From the NCBI GenBank assembly GCA_019358915.1, contig JAHHIM010000065.1, positions 224,001 to 288,000 on the forward strand: a DNA stretch of 64,000 bases, read 5' to 3'. The notes beneath the pieces were generated by a model. That model was not told where the DNA came from, did not search any database, and was given only the letters and a program-made list of their open reading frames with translations. How positions within the stretch are numbered: position 1 is the stretch's first letter; each line of letters opens with the position of its first letter. This document shows, in pieces, positions 22,222 through 35,832 of this stretch. Position numbers and translations under genes: made by a program. The DNA is from Trichormus sp. ATA11-4-KO1 (lineage in GTDB: Bacteria; Cyanobacteriota; Cyanobacteriia; Cyanobacteriales; Nostocaceae).

Positions 22222-23064
22222 TTATACAGAATATTGATGTTTTTCCATTAGCCAAGCATACCAATTATCTAAACCCACACCAGTCGTTGCAGAAACTTGA
22301 AAAATCTGCATTTGTGGATTGACGTGTCGTGCATATTCTATACATTTTTGTACATCAAACTGCACATAAGGTAGTAAATCTATTTTGGTAAGAATCATTA
22401 TCTCGCTAGCACGGAACATATGAGGGTATTTAATTGGCTTATCTTCTCCTTCTGTCACAGAGAGAATTACTACTTTTGCTTGTTCACCCAAATCGAATAA
22501 AGCTGGACAAACCAAATTACCCACATTTTCAATCATCACTACCGAGTCTAGCGGTGGGTTTAGTTGTTGTAAACCCCTGTTGATCATGGAAGCATCCAAA
22601 TGGCAACCTGTACCTGTATTGATTTGAACAACCTTACAACCAGTTTCTTTGATTTTTTGGGCATCATTTACCGTTTCTTGGTCGCCTTCAATCACATTAA
22701 TAAATAACTGATTTTTTAAATCATTGATAGTACGAGTTAAAAGAGTTGTTTTTCCCGCACCAGGAGAACTCATTAAATTTAATGCTAAAATGTTTCGACC
22801 TTTAAACCAACCGCGATTTTGGGCTGCTATCAAGTTATTTTTAGCTAAAATATCCTGTTCTAAAGATATGGTTGTATTATGTATTTTGGCATGAAGTTGA
22901 GATGCTTCATGGTGAGTGTCATGATGGTGGGAATGAGTAATGATAGTACTATCGGGTAAAGTGTGAGTATGATGATGGTGATGGAGATTGGCTTCAACTT
23001 CACCTGTTTCTAGATTAGTAATTTTGCCTTCAGCATCATCAGAACAACCGCAGGTTACACACAT
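22222..23064 (-). CDS. hypB: Hydrogenase nickel incorporation GTPase HypB
   Basis: MCVTCGC, His-rich tract, SSPGAGKT, ENVGNLVCP. Confidence 0.97.
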   Translation of the reverse strand: MCVTCGCSDDAEGKITNLETGEVEANLHHHHHTHTLPDSTIITHSHHHDTHHEASQLHAKIHNTTISLEQDILAKNNLIAAQNRGWFKGRNILALNLMSSPGAGKTTLLTRTINDLKNQLFINVIEGDQETVNDAQKIKETGCKVVQINTGTGCHLDASMINRGLQQLNPPLDSVVMIENVGNLVCPALFDLGEQAKVVILSVTEGEDKPIKYPHMFRASEIMILTKIDLLPYVQFDVQKCIEYARHVNPQMQIFQVSATTGVGLDNWYAWLMEKHQYSV

Positions 23065-23396
23065 AATTCTTCTATTTCTATTTCCTTAATTTTTAGTTCT
23101 TCCCCAGCTATTAAATCTAATTGCCAGCTACCACAATTACAAATGCCAAAAGGTTTATCTAAAGTTACTTCTGCACCACATTGACGACATTTTGCTAAAC
23201 CAGGGATTTCTTTAATTTCTAATATTGCCCCTGCTAAAACTGTACCTTGAGTACAAATATCAAAACAAAATTGTATAGCGTCTGGCAGAATAGCTGAGAG
23301 TAAACCAATTTCTAATACTACACGGCGCACTTTTGAACCTTGAGCATGTTCGCTAACAATTGCTACAATATTTTGTGTGATTCCTAATTCGTGCAT
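23055..23396 (-). CDS. hypA: Hydrogenase maturation nickel metallochaperone HypA
   Basis: MHELGI, CRQC, GEELKIKEIE. Confidence 0.96.
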   Translation of the reverse strand: MHELGITQNIVAIVSEHAQGSKVRRVVLEIGLLSAILPDAIQFCFDICTQGTVLAGAILEIKEIPGLAKCRQCGAEVTLDKPFGICNCGSWQLDLIAGEELKIKEIEIEELCV

Positions 23397-23427
23397 AGAA
23401 TTTATCTAAATTTAAAATGAGGTTCAG

Positions 23428-23457
23428 ATCCCCGACTTCTACCAGAAGTCGGGGATA
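23428..23457. repeat. Perfect GC-rich hairpin between hypE and hypA
   Basis: atccccgacttct-acc-agaagtcggggat. Confidence 0.7.
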
Positions 23458-23467
23458 TTTTTTTCAT

Positions 23468-24571
23468 TTAACAAATCCTTGGTAATTGTTCTCCTACCAA
23501 CATATCTACAATTCGTGCAGTACCAAAAGCTGTTGTTAACAAAACAACTCCCGGAGGTGAAGCAATAACTTCGCCAATTATACAAGCATCTTTCCCGGCT
23601 GAATGTAACTTCATAGCTGATAAAACGGTTTCTGCATGTTCACGTTTTACCACTACAACTAATTTACCTTCATTTGCTAAATATAAAGGATCTAAACCGA
23701 GAATTTCGCAGAAACCTTTGACTTCTTCCCGCACTGGTATAGATTCTTCATCAAGGCGAATTCCTACATGAGAACTTAACGCAAACTCATTTAACACAGT
23801 AGCTAAACCACCCCGTGTAGCATCCCGCATAGCATGAATTTCGGGACAAACATTCAAAATAGTTGCGACTAAACTATGTAACGGCTGACAGTCACTTTCT
23901 ATATTAGTTTCTAATGCCAATTCCCCACGGGCAATTAAAATTGCTGCCCCATGATTACCCAACTCGCCATTAATAATTACTACATCTCCAGCTTGGATAT
24001 TGTGAGCAGAAATGTTAACTCCTGGTGGAATTACACCAATCCCACTAGTATTAATAAATATTTTATCAGCAGCACCACGATGAACAACTTTTGTGTCACC
24101 AGTCACAATTTGTACACCAGCATTTTGTGCGGTTAGTTTCATGCTAGCAGCGACACGCCGCAAGGTATCTACTGGCAATCCTTCTTCCAAAATGACGCTA
24201 CAAGTTAGATATAAAGGTTTAGCACCACTGACTGCTAAATCATTAACTGTGCCATTAACGGCTAATTCACCAATATCACTTCCAGGAAAAAATAGCGGGT
24301 CTACAACATAAGAATCAGTAGTAAAAGCTAATCTATCTCCATGTTGTAAAAGACTAGTTAAATTGAAACTGGCTTGGTCTTCTAATTGTGAGAGGATGGG
24401 ATTATCAAAAGTACTAACAAAGATATCGTCAATTAAATCGCGCATGGCTTTACCACCGCTACCGTGGGCGAGAGTGATATGAGTATCTCGCACTTTTGCT
24501 TGGCGTTGACGGGCTTTTTCTATTTTTTGGAATATGGGGTTTTGGGTTTGCTTGTGGGAGGTAAAATTCAT
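23468..24571 (-). CDS. hypE: Hydrogenase expression/formation protein HypE
   Basis: AHGSGG, TTDSYVV, C-terminal LPRIC. Confidence 0.97.
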   Translation of the reverse strand: MNFTSHKQTQNPIFQKIEKARQRQAKVRDTHITLAHGSGGKAMRDLIDDIFVSTFDNPILSQLEDQASFNLTSLLQHGDRLAFTTDSYVVDPLFFPGSDIGELAVNGTVNDLAVSGAKPLYLTCSVILEEGLPVDTLRRVAASMKLTAQNAGVQIVTGDTKVVHRGAADKIFINTSGIGVIPPGVNISAHNIQAGDVVIINGELGNHGAAILIARGELALETNIESDCQPLHSLVATILNVCPEIHAMRDATRGGLATVLNEFALSSHVGIRLDEESIPVREEVKGFCEILGLDPLYLANEGKLVVVVKREHAETVLSAMKLHSAGKDACIIGEVIASPPGVVLLTTAFGTARIVDMLVGEQLPRIC

Positions 24572-24650
24572 TTTTAATAACGAGATGAGAAAGGTGAAAT
24601 AATTTTAAACACCAAGTAAACCAACCTCATACACTAACGCGCAATCTCTT

Positions 24651-25805
24651 TCAAACTCTTAATTCTTTGTGCCCTTTGCGGTTCGTTTTCCCTTTACCTA
24701 TAGGCATAGCAAATCGCCCATATTTGTAATAAGCTGCACAAGCGCCTTCAGAAGACACCATGCAAGTACCAATGGGTGTTTCTGGTGTGCAAGCTGTACC
24801 AAATACTTTACATTGCCAAGGTTTTAAAACTCCTTTGAGAATTTCGCCACATTGACAGGCTTTATGGTCGGCTACTTTAATATTAAGAATAATAAATTTA
24901 AGTTCGGCATCAAATTGGGCATATTCAGGACGAATTTTTAAACCTGATTCTGGTATTTCACCTAAGCCACGCCAATCGAAGTTTTCTCGCACTGCAAAAA
25001 CTTGATTGATAGCTTGCAATGCTACTAAATTTCCGGCTGATTCTACTAACCTGTTATATTGATTTTCTACTTCACAGCGATTTTCTCTTAGTTGCTGTAA
25101 TAGCATCCAAATAGATTGGAGAATATCTAAAGGTTCAAATCCGGAAACAACGATTGGTTTATGATATTTTTGGGAAATAAATTTATAAGGATCTGTACCA
25201 ATTACCATACTGACATGACCAGGCCCGACAAATCCATCTAGTTGCAGGTCGGGATTTTCTAGTAATGCTTGGAGGGCGGGAATCACGAGGACGTGATTGC
25301 AAAACATACTAAAGTTAGTAATGTTTTCGGCGGCTGCTTGGAGGATGGTGAGGGCGGTACTGGGGGCTGTGGTTTCAAAGCCTAAAGCAAAGAATACTAC
25401 TTCTTTAAGGGGGTTATCTCTGGCTATTTGTAGGCTATCGAGGGGGGAATACACCATACGAATATCTGCGCCTGTGGCTTTGGCTTGCAGGAGGTTGGTG
25501 TGGGAACCGGGAACGCGCATGATGTCGCCAAATGTGGCGAGGATGACGTTATGATTTTGGGAGATGGCGATCGCATCGTCTAATCTCCCTTTTGGCATGA
25601 CGCAGACTGGACAGCCAGGCCCGTGAATGAGTTCTAGGTTGTGGGGTAAGATTTCTTCGATGCCGTATTTAAATATGGAGTGGGTATGTCCGCCGCATAC
25701 TTCCATGATTTTGATGGGTTTTTTGAGTTGTTGGCAAAGTTGGGCGATTTGCTTTTGTAGGGCTGCGGCTTTTTCGGGTTCTCGGAATTCGTCTATGTAT
25801 TTCAT
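24651..25805 (-). CDS. hypD: Hydrogenase formation protein HypD
   Basis: MEVCGGHT, GPGCPVC, GFETT, CMVSSEGAC. Confidence 0.97.
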   Translation of the reverse strand: MKYIDEFREPEKAAALQKQIAQLCQQLKKPIKIMEVCGGHTHSIFKYGIEEILPHNLELIHGPGCPVCVMPKGRLDDAIAISQNHNVILATFGDIMRVPGSHTNLLQAKATGADIRMVYSPLDSLQIARDNPLKEVVFFALGFETTAPSTALTILQAAAENITNFSMFCNHVLVIPALQALLENPDLQLDGFVGPGHVSMVIGTDPYKFISQKYHKPIVVSGFEPLDILQSIWMLLQQLRENRCEVENQYNRLVESAGNLVALQAINQVFAVRENFDWRGLGEIPESGLKIRPEYAQFDAELKFIILNIKVADHKACQCGEILKGVLKPWQCKVFGTACTPETPIGTCMVSSEGACAAYYKYGRFAMPIGKGKTNRKGHKELRV

Positions 25806-25884
25806 GGGGAGATTTTGGCTGGTGGTTGAGGTTTTTTTTAACGAACCGCAAAGGGCGCGAAGGACACAAAGGAAGAAGTTTTAG

Positions 25885-26145
25885 TTAGTTAGTTATTGTT
25901 GCTTGGGCGGTGGCTAGTTCTTGTAGTAGTTGTAATGTTTCGGCTGCTTGTTGTTCGTTGATGCGATTCATGGCGAAGCCGACGTGAACTAATACCCAAT
26001 TTCCTATGCAGGTTTCGGGGGGATGTTGTTCGTCTACTATGCAGGCTATGTTGACTTGGCGTTTGACTCCCGCTATGTTGACGATGGCTAATTTGTTGTT
26101 AATGTCGCTGATTTCAATTATTTGTCCGGGAATTCCTAAGCACAT
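25885..26145 (-). CDS. hypC: Hydrogenase chaperone HypC
   Basis: MCLGIPG, VLVHVGFAM. Confidence 0.96.
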   Translation of the reverse strand: MCLGIPGQIIEISDINNKLAIVNIAGVKRQVNIACIVDEQHPPETCIGNWVLVHVGFAMNRINEQQAAETLQLLQELATAQATITN

Positions 26146-26199
26146 TTTTGTTTCTGGGGATAAACGAACCACAAAGACGCGGAGAATGCAGAGAGAATT

Positions 26200-28548
26200 T
26201 TAAGAGTCAGTTATTAATTGTGCAGCTGTAATAATGGCTTGACCTAGGGATATATTGCCATCGTTAGGAGGGACTAAGTTGTGAGTTAGTACGTTTATTC
26301 CTAAGTTTTGTAAGTGTTTGGTGACTTGTGTTAATAAAATACAGTTTTGAAATACTCCTCCTGTTAAAATTACTTGTTTAATGAGGTTTTCTTGACAAAG
26401 ACGTTTGATTAAATCAACAATAGTTTGAGCTAAACTTAGATGAAATTTTGTGGCTATTACTGATGGAGAAATCTGCTGTTGCAGGTCATGAAGTAAGGCT
26501 TGCCACATTGGTTTGGGGTCTATACAATAAATGCTATCTAAGAAGCTAAAGTTAAAAGGATAAATTAGCGTTTCTTTATGATAATTTAAACTGTGAATAT
26601 CAACTAAGGCTTCCATTGCGATCGCAGCTTGTCCTTCATAGCTAAATTCTTCTGGATAAATACCGATAGTCGCCGCTACTGCATCGAACAATCGTCCTAC
26701 TGATGAGGCTGGAGGTGAATTAATTCCCTGTTCAATCAGTTGATTGAGTAGTTTTAGGGGCTGTTTCTGCAAAAATTTGACAATTTCTAAATCAGTATAT
26801 TTTTGTTGGCAATTATCCCAAAGGTTGGCAGTTACTAAGTGGGCATAGGTGTTACGCCAAGGTTGATAAATTGCTTTTTCGCCGCCAATCATAGGTACAG
26901 GTTTAAATGTGGCGAGTCGTTGAAATTGGCGATAGTCTGCTAATAAAAATTCTCCTCCCCAAAGGTTACCATCTGCACCGTAACCCAAGCCATCTAAAGC
27001 AATACCTAAAACTGGGGGCGCATCTAATGGAATATTATTTTCTGCCATGCAAGCGGCAATATGAGCATGATGATGTTGGATAGAGTAAAGTTTAATTTGA
27101 TTGGTACTTGCTAATTCTTTACCTAGTTTACTGGCAAGATACTCTGGGTGTTTATCTATTGCTATAACTTCTGGTTGATGTGCAAATAAATTTAAGTATA
27201 ACTTTAGTGTATCTTGATAGGCATTAAACGCCGTAGAATTTTCTAAATCACCCAAATGTTGAGAGAGAATTGCTTCACTTTCTCGCAACAAGCAAAAGGT
27301 ATTTTTTAACTCACTACCCATTGCTAAAATTGGCGGCACATGATGAAATCCTGGTGGTAACTTAATTGGTGCTGGTGCGTATCCTCTAGCACGGCGAATT
27401 ATTTGCACTTTATCATTAACCACCCGTACAACTGAATCATCTACTCGGTTGACAATCTCCCGATTGTGAACAAGAAAATAATCAGCAATTTTTCCTAATT
27501 TTTCCCTAGCTTCTTCGTTATCAATACATTGTGGTTCATCAGCAACATTACCGCTAGTTAACACAATCGGCCGATTCATTCGCCTCAGAATTAAATGATG
27601 TAAAGGCGTATAAGGTAACATAAAACCGAGAGTATTTTGTCCCGGTGCAACTGATGCTGCTAATTGCTTTTTCCTCGTTACCTTTAGTAGAACAATTGGC
27701 GCGGCTGGACTTGTTAATAATTCTTTTTCCTTATTATTGATGGTGCAATATTCGTCAATTAATGCCAAATCTCGCGCCATCAAAGCAAAAGGCTTGTGAT
27801 ATCTTCTTTTACGCTGACGCAGTTTTTGTACAGCCGCTTCCTGAGTTGCATCACAAGCTAAATGAATACCACCCAAGCCCTTAATGGCGACAATTTCACC
27901 CTTCTGCAACAAAGTACAGACAGCATCCACATCATCCATCATCGAAAACATAGAAGCCGTCACAGGCTTACCATCAGCACGTTCTAACCAAGCTGTCGGG
28001 CCGCAAGTATGACAAGCTACAGGCTGGGCATGAAAACGCCGATTTTCCACATCATCATATTCCCTCTCACATTCCGCACACATAGCAAACGCAGACATAC
28101 TGGTATTGCATCTGTCGTAAGGAATGGCACGAATAATACTCAAACGAGGGCCGCAATGGGTACAGTTAGTAAAAGGATAACGATAAAAGCGACTAAACGG
28201 GTCGAAAATTTCTTGTTGACATTGCAGACAAGTAGCCGCATCCGAGGCAATTTCTGTGTTTCTAGAATTACTCACACTACTAGAAATGACAAAATCACTA
28301 AAATTAACTTCACCCTCATAACTACTTCTCGTTATTTCCTGAATTTTTGCCAAAGGAGGACATTCTTCATACAATCGCCTCACAAACTCAGTTATCGCCA
28401 CCTCACTTCCAGACACCCGAATTAAAACACCCTCACCATCATTACAAACATCCCCACACAACCCACAAGCCTTCGCCAAACGATACACAGTAGGACGAAA
28501 ACCCACACCCTGAACAGTCCCCCGAACCCTAACTTCTTCCGTTACCAT
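26200..28548 (-). CDS. hypF: Carbamoyltransferase HypF
   Basis: VQGVGFRP, CTHCGPR zinc fingers, QHHHAH, PPNDG. Confidence 0.97.
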   Translation of the reverse strand: MVTEEVRVRGTVQGVGFRPTVYRLAKACGLCGDVCNDGEGVLIRVSGSEVAITEFVRRLYEECPPLAKIQEITRSSYEGEVNFSDFVISSSVSNSRNTEIASDAATCLQCQQEIFDPFSRFYRYPFTNCTHCGPRLSIIRAIPYDRCNTSMSAFAMCAECEREYDDVENRRFHAQPVACHTCGPTAWLERADGKPVTASMFSMMDDVDAVCTLLQKGEIVAIKGLGGIHLACDATQEAAVQKLRQRKRRYHKPFALMARDLALIDEYCTINNKEKELLTSPAAPIVLLKVTRKKQLAASVAPGQNTLGFMLPYTPLHHLILRRMNRPIVLTSGNVADEPQCIDNEEAREKLGKIADYFLVHNREIVNRVDDSVVRVVNDKVQIIRRARGYAPAPIKLPPGFHHVPPILAMGSELKNTFCLLRESEAILSQHLGDLENSTAFNAYQDTLKLYLNLFAHQPEVIAIDKHPEYLASKLGKELASTNQIKLYSIQHHHAHIAACMAENNIPLDAPPVLGIALDGLGYGADGNLWGGEFLLADYRQFQRLATFKPVPMIGGEKAIYQPWRNTYAHLVTANLWDNCQQKYTDLEIVKFLQKQPLKLLNQLIEQGINSPPASSVGRLFDAVAATIGIYPEEFSYEGQAAIAMEALVDIHSLNYHKETLIYPFNFSFLDSIYCIDPKPMWQALLHDLQQQISPSVIATKFHLSLAQTIVDLIKRLCQENLIKQVILTGGVFQNCILLTQVTKHLQNLGINVLTHNLVPPNDGNISLGQAIITAAQLITDS

Positions 28549-28600
28549 ATACACCTCACCTTCTCCTCTCTGCGCCTCTGCGCCTTTGCGTGAGACACTT

Positions 28601-29815
28601 TTACCTAACACCCCACAACAAAACCCGATTATTACCAGAATCAGCAATCACCGCAGTATCACCACACACCTTCACCCCATAACACCAATTCAAACTATCG
28701 CGCTTAGGCAAACCAAAATTGTGATTTTCACCCTTACTTTGAAAATCCTTTTGTCCCACAACTGCATTTGCCTTTACCCCTGGTTTTCTCCATCCCAATA
28801 ACCGCGAATTAGCAGTATCAGCAACTATCAACCAATCATCAGCCACACCCACACCATAAGGCATACTTAAACTACTGGCATTAGGAAAATAAACACCTTG
28901 ATTCATTTCTACACAATCAAAGTTTTTTTGTCCTAACACTACTGTACAAAGGGCATTATTTTCTGTAGGTATTCCTTGCCAAATCATCACACGATTATTA
29001 CCCGCATCAGTGACAACTAAATTACCTCCCCAAACAGTAATATCATGACACCAGCGCATACTCGCAGCCGTGGGAGAACCGCCGCCATTTTCATTACGAG
29101 ATATCATATCTGGTTGTCCCAAAACCAAATCGGCAGGTTGACCATTTTCTGTTGGTAATTGCTGCCAAATTAATACTCGGCGATTTCCTGTATCTGCTAC
29201 AAATAATCTTCCTTGGTAATAGAAAACACCATAAGGCCAATGCATAGTATTTGCAGCTGCTACTTGACTACCCCGGTTTGATTCATTATTAATAAAATCA
29301 GCTTGTCCTAACACCAAATCAGCCGGAACATTACTATCTTCTGGTAAAGTTTTCCAAATTAAAACTCGATGATTCCAAGCATCTGCTACAGCTAATCCTG
29401 CACCACAAGCACAAATCCCCGTTGGTACATTAAAAGTTGCCTTTCCCGGTGTACCTTTAGCATTTTGTCCTTCATGGTAAAAGTCTGGCTGTCCTATTAC
29501 CCAATCAGCCGGTTGACTATCTCGGGTGGGTAAGTTTTGCCATCCTAATAATCGATGATGTCCTGTATCTGATACCCATAGTGACCCCGTTGTCGATAAT
29601 AAACAAGCACCACGAGGGCCAAACATAGATACAGGACTAGGTGCTATGGGTATAGCTAATATTTCTGGTTCAATAATGTTACCTAAAATCACCTCTGCAC
29701 CATGAGGAGATAAAGGGAAAGTTGAGGGGTTGATTGTTGCTTCTGGCGGCAAGTTTGGTGTGGGATTAATACTAACGGGAATATCCATGAACCGCAGATG
29801 AACACTGATAACCAT
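28601..29815 (-). CDS. NHL-repeat protein of the hyp cluster
   Basis: Repeated VADTGNxRVLIW / ADLVLGQ units. Confidence 0.88.
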   Translation of the reverse strand: MVISVHLRFMDIPVSINPTPNLPPEATINPSTFPLSPHGAEVILGNIIEPEILAIPIAPSPVSMFGPRGACLLSTTGSLWVSDTGHHRLLGWQNLPTRDSQPADWVIGQPDFYHEGQNAKGTPGKATFNVPTGICACGAGLAVADAWNHRVLIWKTLPEDSNVPADLVLGQADFINNESNRGSQVAAANTMHWPYGVFYYQGRLFVADTGNRRVLIWQQLPTENGQPADLVLGQPDMISRNENGGGSPTAASMRWCHDITVWGGNLVVTDAGNNRVMIWQGIPTENNALCTVVLGQKNFDCVEMNQGVYFPNASSLSMPYGVGVADDWLIVADTANSRLLGWRKPGVKANAVVGQKDFQSKGENHNFGLPKRDSLNWCYGVKVCGDTAVIADSGNNRVLLWGVR

Positions 29816-29865
29816 TTAAATTCATCGGCGAATATCAGCGTGTATCGCTAGTTGCAATTTGGCCA

Positions 29866-30720
29866 TTAAATTGAATATTTTGGCAATTTCACAAAAACCT
29901 TATCACCTTTAATCTGTACTGGATATGAATGCAACGAAATATCAGGAGTAGTTAAACATTCACCTGTTGCTAAATTGTACTGAAATCCATGTCCAGAACA
30001 AGTAATGATGCTATTATTTAACTTACCCATATCCAGAGGAGATGCTAGGTGTGGGCAAGCATTACGGTAACAGTTAACATTAACACCTTGTCGATATAAA
30101 ATCAGCAAATTATTACCGATTTCACCTGTCAATATCCCAGATTCGGGAATTTGATCAATAGTTGTCACTTTTACCCAAGTAGCAGTTTCCTGTGGAGAAA
30201 ATGGACTTATGAAACTAGAATTACTACTAGTAACCTGATGGGTATCATTAACTGCAACTACTTTAGTAATTTCAGGACAATGATTTTTAATTGCCTGTTC
30301 CACGCCGTGAGATAATGTCAAAGTAGAAGCCGGACAACTACTGCAAGTTCCTATCAATCTAACTTCTACCGTATCTGGCGGTTTAATTGCTACTAATTCC
30401 ACATCTCCGTTATGGCTTTTTAAACCTGGACGCACTTCTTCAAGGGCTGTTTGAATTCGTTGTATTAATGGCGTTTGTGGTGGTTTGACTAATTCATGAT
30501 AAAGCAGTACAGCGTACACTAATTCATCAGCAACTGCATGACGCAAAGCTGACATCGATTCTTGTTTTAGGCTTTTAATCAAACTAGTTAAAGCTGCTTT
30601 ATGTAATGCTTCAATTGCTCTTTTTAGTCCTACTGCTACACACCGTTGACTTTCATCCCATTCCGATATAATTGCCTCAAAACGGTTAATTTCTTGAACT
30701 AGTTCTTCAAGGTTGGTCAT
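29866..30720 (-). CDS. NifU-C plus Rieske domain protein
   Basis: HNGDVELV...GTCSSC; NACPH...CSGHG. Confidence 0.88.
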   Translation of the reverse strand: MTNLEELVQEINRFEAIISEWDESQRCVAVGLKRAIEALHKAALTSLIKSLKQESMSALRHAVADELVYAVLLYHELVKPPQTPLIQRIQTALEEVRPGLKSHNGDVELVAIKPPDTVEVRLIGTCSSCPASTLTLSHGVEQAIKNHCPEITKVVAVNDTHQVTSSNSSFISPFSPQETATWVKVTTIDQIPESGILTGEIGNNLLILYRQGVNVNCYRNACPHLASPLDMGKLNNSIITCSGHGFQYNLATGECLTTPDISLHSYPVQIKGDKVFVKLPKYSI

Positions 30721-30778
30721 TAGTCATTATTCATTGGTCAGTAAACAGTAAACAGTAAAGATTAATCAGAATGATAAA

Positions 30779-31003
30779 TTACTTCATTTTGAAATCTTTT
30801 AGGAGAAAAGGCATAATTAATCCTGTGACTAAGCTAGATACTGATATGGTTAGCCATAAGGGAATATTGGCTTGTGCTAGCAATACTAATATTAGCGAAC
30901 CTATACTACTAGCAATTGTAATTTGCTTGACAAAATACACTGGATCTCTTATGAGCTTGCCTTTGAGAAACAACTTTGCAGAAAACCACCCTATTTCCAA
31001 CAT
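30779..31003 (-). CDS. Small membrane protein of the hup/hyp region
   Basis: MLEIGWFSAKLF...MPFLLKDFKMK; two TM segments. Confidence 0.75.
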   Translation of the reverse strand: MLEIGWFSAKLFLKGKLIRDPVYFVKQITIASSIGSLILVLLAQANIPLWLTISVSSLVTGLIMPFLLKDFKMK

Positions 31004-31011
31004 AATTACTC

Positions 31012-31278
31012 CTAATAACTTGCTATAAAATTCAACACAATTAACCCTAAAAGGATAGCAGGAATTACACCAGCAGGCGCAAATAATGCCCCCAACATTG
31101 CTGAAAAACGATAACCTATATCTTTTCCAGCTAATAGCATTCCGCCAATAGCACCACCAACTAAAGATAAGGCGATCGCTAGTATCACCCATACAATATC
31201 TGTAGCAAGATTTAAGTCACCAGCTACTAAGCTATTGCATAAATCTATGACATGATGTTTCACTAAAATTTCTCTCAT
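31012..31278 (-). CDS. Small membrane protein of the hup/hyp region
   Basis: Gly/Ala-rich TM helices, same strand as neighbours. Confidence 0.7.
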   Translation of the reverse strand: MREILVKHHVIDLCNSLVAGDLNLATDIVWVILAIALSLVGGAIGGMLLAGKDIGYRFSAMLGALFAPAGVIPAILLGLIVLNFIASY

Positions 31279-31335
31279 GTTTCATATCCTCCCAATTACT
31301 GATTGTCTTCGTGTTTTTACTACCAAAAACAATAT

Positions 31336-32313
31336 TTAATGATTTTTATTCCCTATCTCCACAGCTAATTCTTGCAAGGCTTGGGCAACTATTTTTGCTT
31401 GTTCTGTTTGTTGATATTGGTGAAAAATTTCCCAAGCTTCTTGATAGTAATCTCGTGCTTTTAAAAGATTTTGAAAATTACCTGCTTCCGGTTTTTCCGG
31501 GTCATCAGGTAAGTTGAATAAGGCATTGGCTTTGTTAGAAATTGTATTAGCATACTCTAAAGGTGTATCTTTGGAGTTACGCACTTTTAAGGCTTCATCG
31601 TAAGCTGCGATCGCTCGTAAGTTATTCTCTATAGGATGGGAACTGACTAAATATTGCAAAGCATTACCCAAGTTGTTTTGCAACATCGCATATTCCCTGG
31701 AATGCTCAATTAAGTTAATATGCTTCAATGCCACCTCAAAGGACTGCACAGCCAACCCCTGACGTAAATATTCCCGTTCTGAAGCCATCGGCATAGAAAG
31801 ATAAGCGATCGCAATATTGTTGTATAAAATCGCGTATTCTTGTGGGTAATTTTCCCAGGTAAACACCCGCAAGGCTTCGTGATATGCTTGGATGCTATCT
31901 GTTATCCGTGCCAAATTGAACGGTACAAGCGACTGCAACGCTAAACCAAAGTTCATCTGTGCCTCTGCCACTTCTTCCGGTGAGGCTAATTGTTGTAAAA
32001 TCGGCAATGCTTCCTCGTAACCTGCCTTGGCTTGCAGTAGCAAATCAGTTCCCCCATCCGGTATTATCTGTAACGTCCCTGACATCCCCACTTGGGCGCG
32101 GGCTTGCAACAGGGGATATTCCTCACCACACATCTGATACGCCCGGTAATACAAGGAAACTGCATTGCGCAAATCTTGGGCAGTTTTGGGCTTTTTTTGA
32201 AAGCCTTGCGCCATCTCAATCAGCATCTGGATTTTTTCTGCTGTCGTCGCTGACTCTGATCCGATGGCGGAGATCGCTGCCTTCACTGCTGAATCTGTAA
32301 TACTGGGATTCAT
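31336..32313 (-). CDS. TPR-repeat protein
   Basis: Repeated YAxxxNNLGxA / AYxEAL motifs. Confidence 0.85.
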   Translation of the reverse strand: MNPSITDSAVKAAISAIGSESATTAEKIQMLIEMAQGFQKKPKTAQDLRNAVSLYYRAYQMCGEEYPLLQARAQVGMSGTLQIIPDGGTDLLLQAKAGYEEALPILQQLASPEEVAEAQMNFGLALQSLVPFNLARITDSIQAYHEALRVFTWENYPQEYAILYNNIAIAYLSMPMASEREYLRQGLAVQSFEVALKHINLIEHSREYAMLQNNLGNALQYLVSSHPIENNLRAIAAYDEALKVRNSKDTPLEYANTISNKANALFNLPDDPEKPEAGNFQNLLKARDYYQEAWEIFHQYQQTEQAKIVAQALQELAVEIGNKNH

Positions 32314-32439
32314 AACTGCCGTATTCTCACCAATTGGGGAATTGAGTCTGTCAACGCCCCCCAAAAATAGAAACACGCTGAATGTGTCTACTCAGGGGCT
32401 ATACCGATTTACGCAGTTTTGAGTCCCGATTGATAATTC

Positions 32440-32453
32440 GTAATTACTTTTAC
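32440..32453. promoter_or_regulatory. Candidate NtcA box between the divergent TPR/hyp and hupSL units
   Basis: GTAattactttTAC matches GTA-N8-TAC; no -10 box at the canonical spacing seen. Confidence 0.4.
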
Positions 32454-32937
32454 CTAAAATGGAGTGAATCAATTTTTTTACTATAAAACAATCTCTTGAT
32501 AAATTTCTAGGGGGTAATTGCGAATATCCAATGTCAGCAAAAAATACCTGATATTTTCACAATACTTTTGATAGAATTGCCTGACATTATTTAACTATTT
32601 TATATTGAATTCTTGACATATAACTTGCAATACTTAATTTTTATTTAACGAAATAAAAATATCTAAAAATTTAGATTATATTGAAAAATAAATATTGATA
32701 AACAGGTGAAACTCTCCAAGCTCTATCACCTAAATCATACATGATGAAGAGTGCTGAGTTAAAAAACCGCCCACACTTCGGCAAGGCTCAGTGACCACAA
32801 TTCGCGTTCCTTGTACCAAGTATGAAAGTTCTTCCTTCTTCTTCTTTTGACTCAGCACTCCCCTTCGACTTCGCTCAGGGCAAGCGCACTCAGCACTCAG
32901 CACTGAGTAAGGTAAACAATAGAAAAATATGTAGCTA

Positions 32938-33900
<963 letters not shown>

Positions 33901-33943
33901 TTCGTAGTAAGCACTTTAGTGCTTATAAAAACAGGAGAAGAGA

Positions 33944-35539
<1,596 letters not shown>

Positions 35540-35601
35540 TTGATTTTTTAGCAGAGATACATGATAAGATAGAATAATTTGACAAAAATGCATAGCCACT
35601 T

Positions 35602-35832
35602 ATGAATTACAAAGACTACATCACGATCGAAGCGAATAAACGCGGTGGTAAGCCTTGTGTACGTGGGTTAAGAATTACAGTTTATGAAGTGCTTGAATAC
35701 CTAGCTTCCGAGATGACCGAAGCGGAAATTCTTGATGATTTCCCCGACCTGACGCGAGAAGATTTAAAAGCTTGTATTGCTTATGCGGCTGACCGTGAAC
35801 GTCGGCTGATGATTTCTCCATTATCAGCATGA
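35602..35832 (+). CDS. DUF433-type antitoxin
   Basis: GGKPCVRGLRITV...EILDDFPDLTREDLKAC. Confidence 0.9.
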   Translation: MNYKDYITIEANKRGGKPCVRGLRITVYEVLEYLASEMTEAEILDDFPDLTREDLKACIAYAADRERRLMISPLSA